A stretch of DNA of 64,000 nucleotides from an uncultured Chthonomonadaceae bacterium (lineage in GTDB: Bacteria > Armatimonadota > Chthonomonadetes > Chthonomonadales > Chthonomonadaceae). Under the pieces are notes generated by a model. The model searched no databases. It saw only the letters and a program-made list of their open reading frames with translations, and was not told where the DNA came from. Of the stretch, positions 62,052 to 64,000 are shown piece by piece. Each line of letters starts with the position of its first letter. Positions within the stretch are counted from its first letter, which is position 1. The translations under genes and the position numbers were made by a program. The DNA lies in the NCBI GenBank assembly GCA_963835065.1, contig CAWIEK010000037.1:32001-96000 (forward strand), in the 5' to 3' direction.

Positions 62052-63758
62052 TTGCTGAAGCTCAGGCGTACCCATCTTGGTGAACTTCTTGTGGACGAAG
62101 GTCTTGTCACGCCGCAACAACTCGACGTGGCGCTGGCGGAACAGAAACGTGCCGATAACAGCAAGCGCATCGGCGAAATACTCGTCGGCTTGCGGTTTCT
62201 GTCGGAACCGAACCTGCTGCGCGTGTTGTCGCAGCAGCTTGACTGCCCGATCATTGATCTGGGCAAAGAGCCGCCCGACCCGTCCGCGCTGGAAATCATC
62301 TCCAGCGATTTCGCCATGCGGCATCATCTGGTTCCCATCCGGCGCAACGATGAAACCCTTGTGGTGGCGATGGCGGACCCGCTCGATATTCATACCATAG
62401 ATGATTTGCGCTTATTGACGGGGCTGGACATCGCGCCCATGCTGGCGGCGGGAGCCGATATTCAGCGCGTGTGCGAACAGTTTTATATGTCCAAGATGAT
62501 CGCGGGCGTTCAGGACGCCGAGCGGACTGTCGAAGACGAAGATGAAGACGACGTAGCTAATCTGCAAAAGATGGCGAAGGAAGAACTCGTCATTCAGATG
62601 GTCAATCTGATTATCAACCAGGCCATTCAGGATCGCGCCAGTGACATTCACATCGAGCCGTTCGACAAAGAATTGCGCGTCCGTTATCGCGTGGACGGTG
62701 TGCTGCGCGAAGTGAGTTCGCCGCCCAAGCGCTTCCATGCCGCTGTGGTCAGCCGCATCAAAATTCTCGCCGACATGAACATCGCCGAGCGCCGCCTTCC
62801 CCTTGACGGACGTATGCGCATCAAAAGCAGCGGGCGGCAGATTGACCTGCGCGTATCCACCCTGCCGACGATGTACGGCGAAGGCGTGGTCATGCGTATT
62901 CTGGACAAGCAGACAGCCATGCTTGGGCTTACGGAATTGGGCATGGAGCGGGGCATGTTCGGCATCTTCCGCCGTTTGATTCAGGAGCCGCACGGCATTA
63001 TTCTGGTCACGGGGCCGACGGGTTCGGGCAAAACCACCACGCTGTACGCCAGCCTGAGCGAAATTTACAGCGTGGAAAAGAAGATCATCACGGTTGAAGA
63101 CCCGGTTGAATATCAGTTGAACGGCATCAATCAGGTGCTGGCGCAGCCGCACATCGGCCTGACGTTCGCCAACACCCTGCGCTCCATTGTGCGCCAGGAC
63201 CCCGATATTATTATGATCGGTGAAATCCGCGACAAGGAAACGGTAGACATCGCCATTCAGGCCGCCCTGACAGGCCACCTTGTCTTTTCCACCCTGCATA
63301 CCAACGACGCGGCGGGCGCGGTAAGCCGCCTGCTGGATATGGGCGCGGAGCCGTTTTTGGTCGCCAGTTCCCTTATCGGCACGATTGCGCAGCGCCTTGT
63401 CCGTATCAACTGCCCGCGCTGCCGCGAACCCTATGAAGAAAAGCCGGAAGTGCTGGAAGAAATCCACATTGACCCGGCCATGCTCAAGCGCGAGCCGCTG
63501 ATGAAGGGCGTGGGCTGCCCGGAATGTCGGGGAACCGGCTTCAAGGGACGCAGCGGCATTTACGAGATGATTGCCGTAGATGAAAACATCCGCCGCATGA
63601 TTACCGCCCGCGAACCGGCCACGCACATCAAGCAGTACGCCCAAAAAGAGCAGGGCATGATTTCGATGCTGATGGACGGGCGCGACAAAGTGCTGCAAGG
63701 CGCGACAACGATTCAAGAAGTGCTGCGCGTCTGCCAGCGCGAAGACTTTGATGCGTAA
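62052..63758 (+). CDS. PilB/GspE type IV pilus or T2SS assembly ATPase with N-terminal MshEN-like domain
   Basis: ASDIHIEP, GPTGSGKTT, EDPVE, RQDPD..GEIRD, TGHLVFSTLHTN, two CxxC motifs; TTG start after AGGAG. Confidence 0.93.
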   Translation: MLKLRRTHLGELLVDEGLVTPQQLDVALAEQKRADNSKRIGEILVGLRFLSEPNLLRVLSQQLDCPIIDLGKEPPDPSALEIISSDFAMRHHLVPIRRNDETLVVAMADPLDIHTIDDLRLLTGLDIAPMLAAGADIQRVCEQFYMSKMIAGVQDAERTVEDEDEDDVANLQKMAKEELVIQMVNLIINQAIQDRASDIHIEPFDKELRVRYRVDGVLREVSSPPKRFHAAVVSRIKILADMNIAERRLPLDGRMRIKSSGRQIDLRVSTLPTMYGEGVVMRILDKQTAMLGLTELGMERGMFGIFRRLIQEPHGIILVTGPTGSGKTTTLYASLSEIYSVEKKIITVEDPVEYQLNGINQVLAQPHIGLTFANTLRSIVRQDPDIIMIGEIRDKETVDIAIQAALTGHLVFSTLHTNDAAGAVSRLLDMGAEPFLVASSLIGTIAQRLVRINCPRCREPYEEKPEVLEEIHIDPAMLKREPLMKGVGCPECRGTGFKGRSGIYEMIAVDENIRRMITAREPATHIKQYAQKEQGMISMLMDGRDKVLQGATTIQEVLRVCQREDFDA

Positions 63759-64000
63759 TCGGTGTTGTACATCGGCAATGCAGCAGTGGTAGGGTAGGGC
63801 AACGGCCATCGAAGTGACGCTTACAGCGCAGGAGATGCAGAGGATTGCACAGGCAAAAGCCGCCCAACAACGGGCGCAGGATGCCAAAGCGCAACGGATA
63901 AGAGGCGATCCGCCTAACCCCCGCACGGGGTACAGGGGAGATGTAAAGGCCGTTGCTTCCGATGATGCGCTCTACCGCAGTGGTTGGGGAGCGATGGGAC

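Noticed and set aside
63814..64000. Start of a gene after pilB (VTLTAQEMQRIAQAK...)
   Set aside because: It is short, closes at a stop near 63964 at the window edge, and has no recognisable motif.

Overview
Bacterial chromosomal window of moderately high GC; the taxon cannot be fixed from sequence alone. Contents from left to right: a 5'-truncated alpha-2-macroglobulin gene with a redoxin and a secreted protein; a Uma2 nuclease; and a beta-helix protein. Next is a toxin-antitoxin (TA)-rich accessory region (8-16 kb) with a ~2.5 kb segment present twice. One copy splits an antitoxin-PIN operon between 10-bp direct repeats, and each copy carries a candidate type I TA module. Then come a nitrite/sulfite reductase, a tRNA(CAU, probably Ile2) interrupted by a group I intron, AbrB-PIN, sbcDC, an HNH pair, clpS-glnD, and several secreted or carbohydrate-active genes. 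An ~18.5 kb minus-strand nonulosonic-acid (pseudaminic-type) biosynthesis/modification cluster includes a CMAH-like metallo-beta-lactamase-fold gene. The window ends with rpoN and a divergent PilB/GspE ATPase. It is full of small non-coding elements: many different heptamer tandem arrays (inverted pairs between genes, frame-preserving inserts inside genes) and several REP-like palindrome families. More than ten genes are split by apparent 1-nt indels, most simply explained as assembly errors. All protein calls rest on motif recognition by eye, not on database searches.
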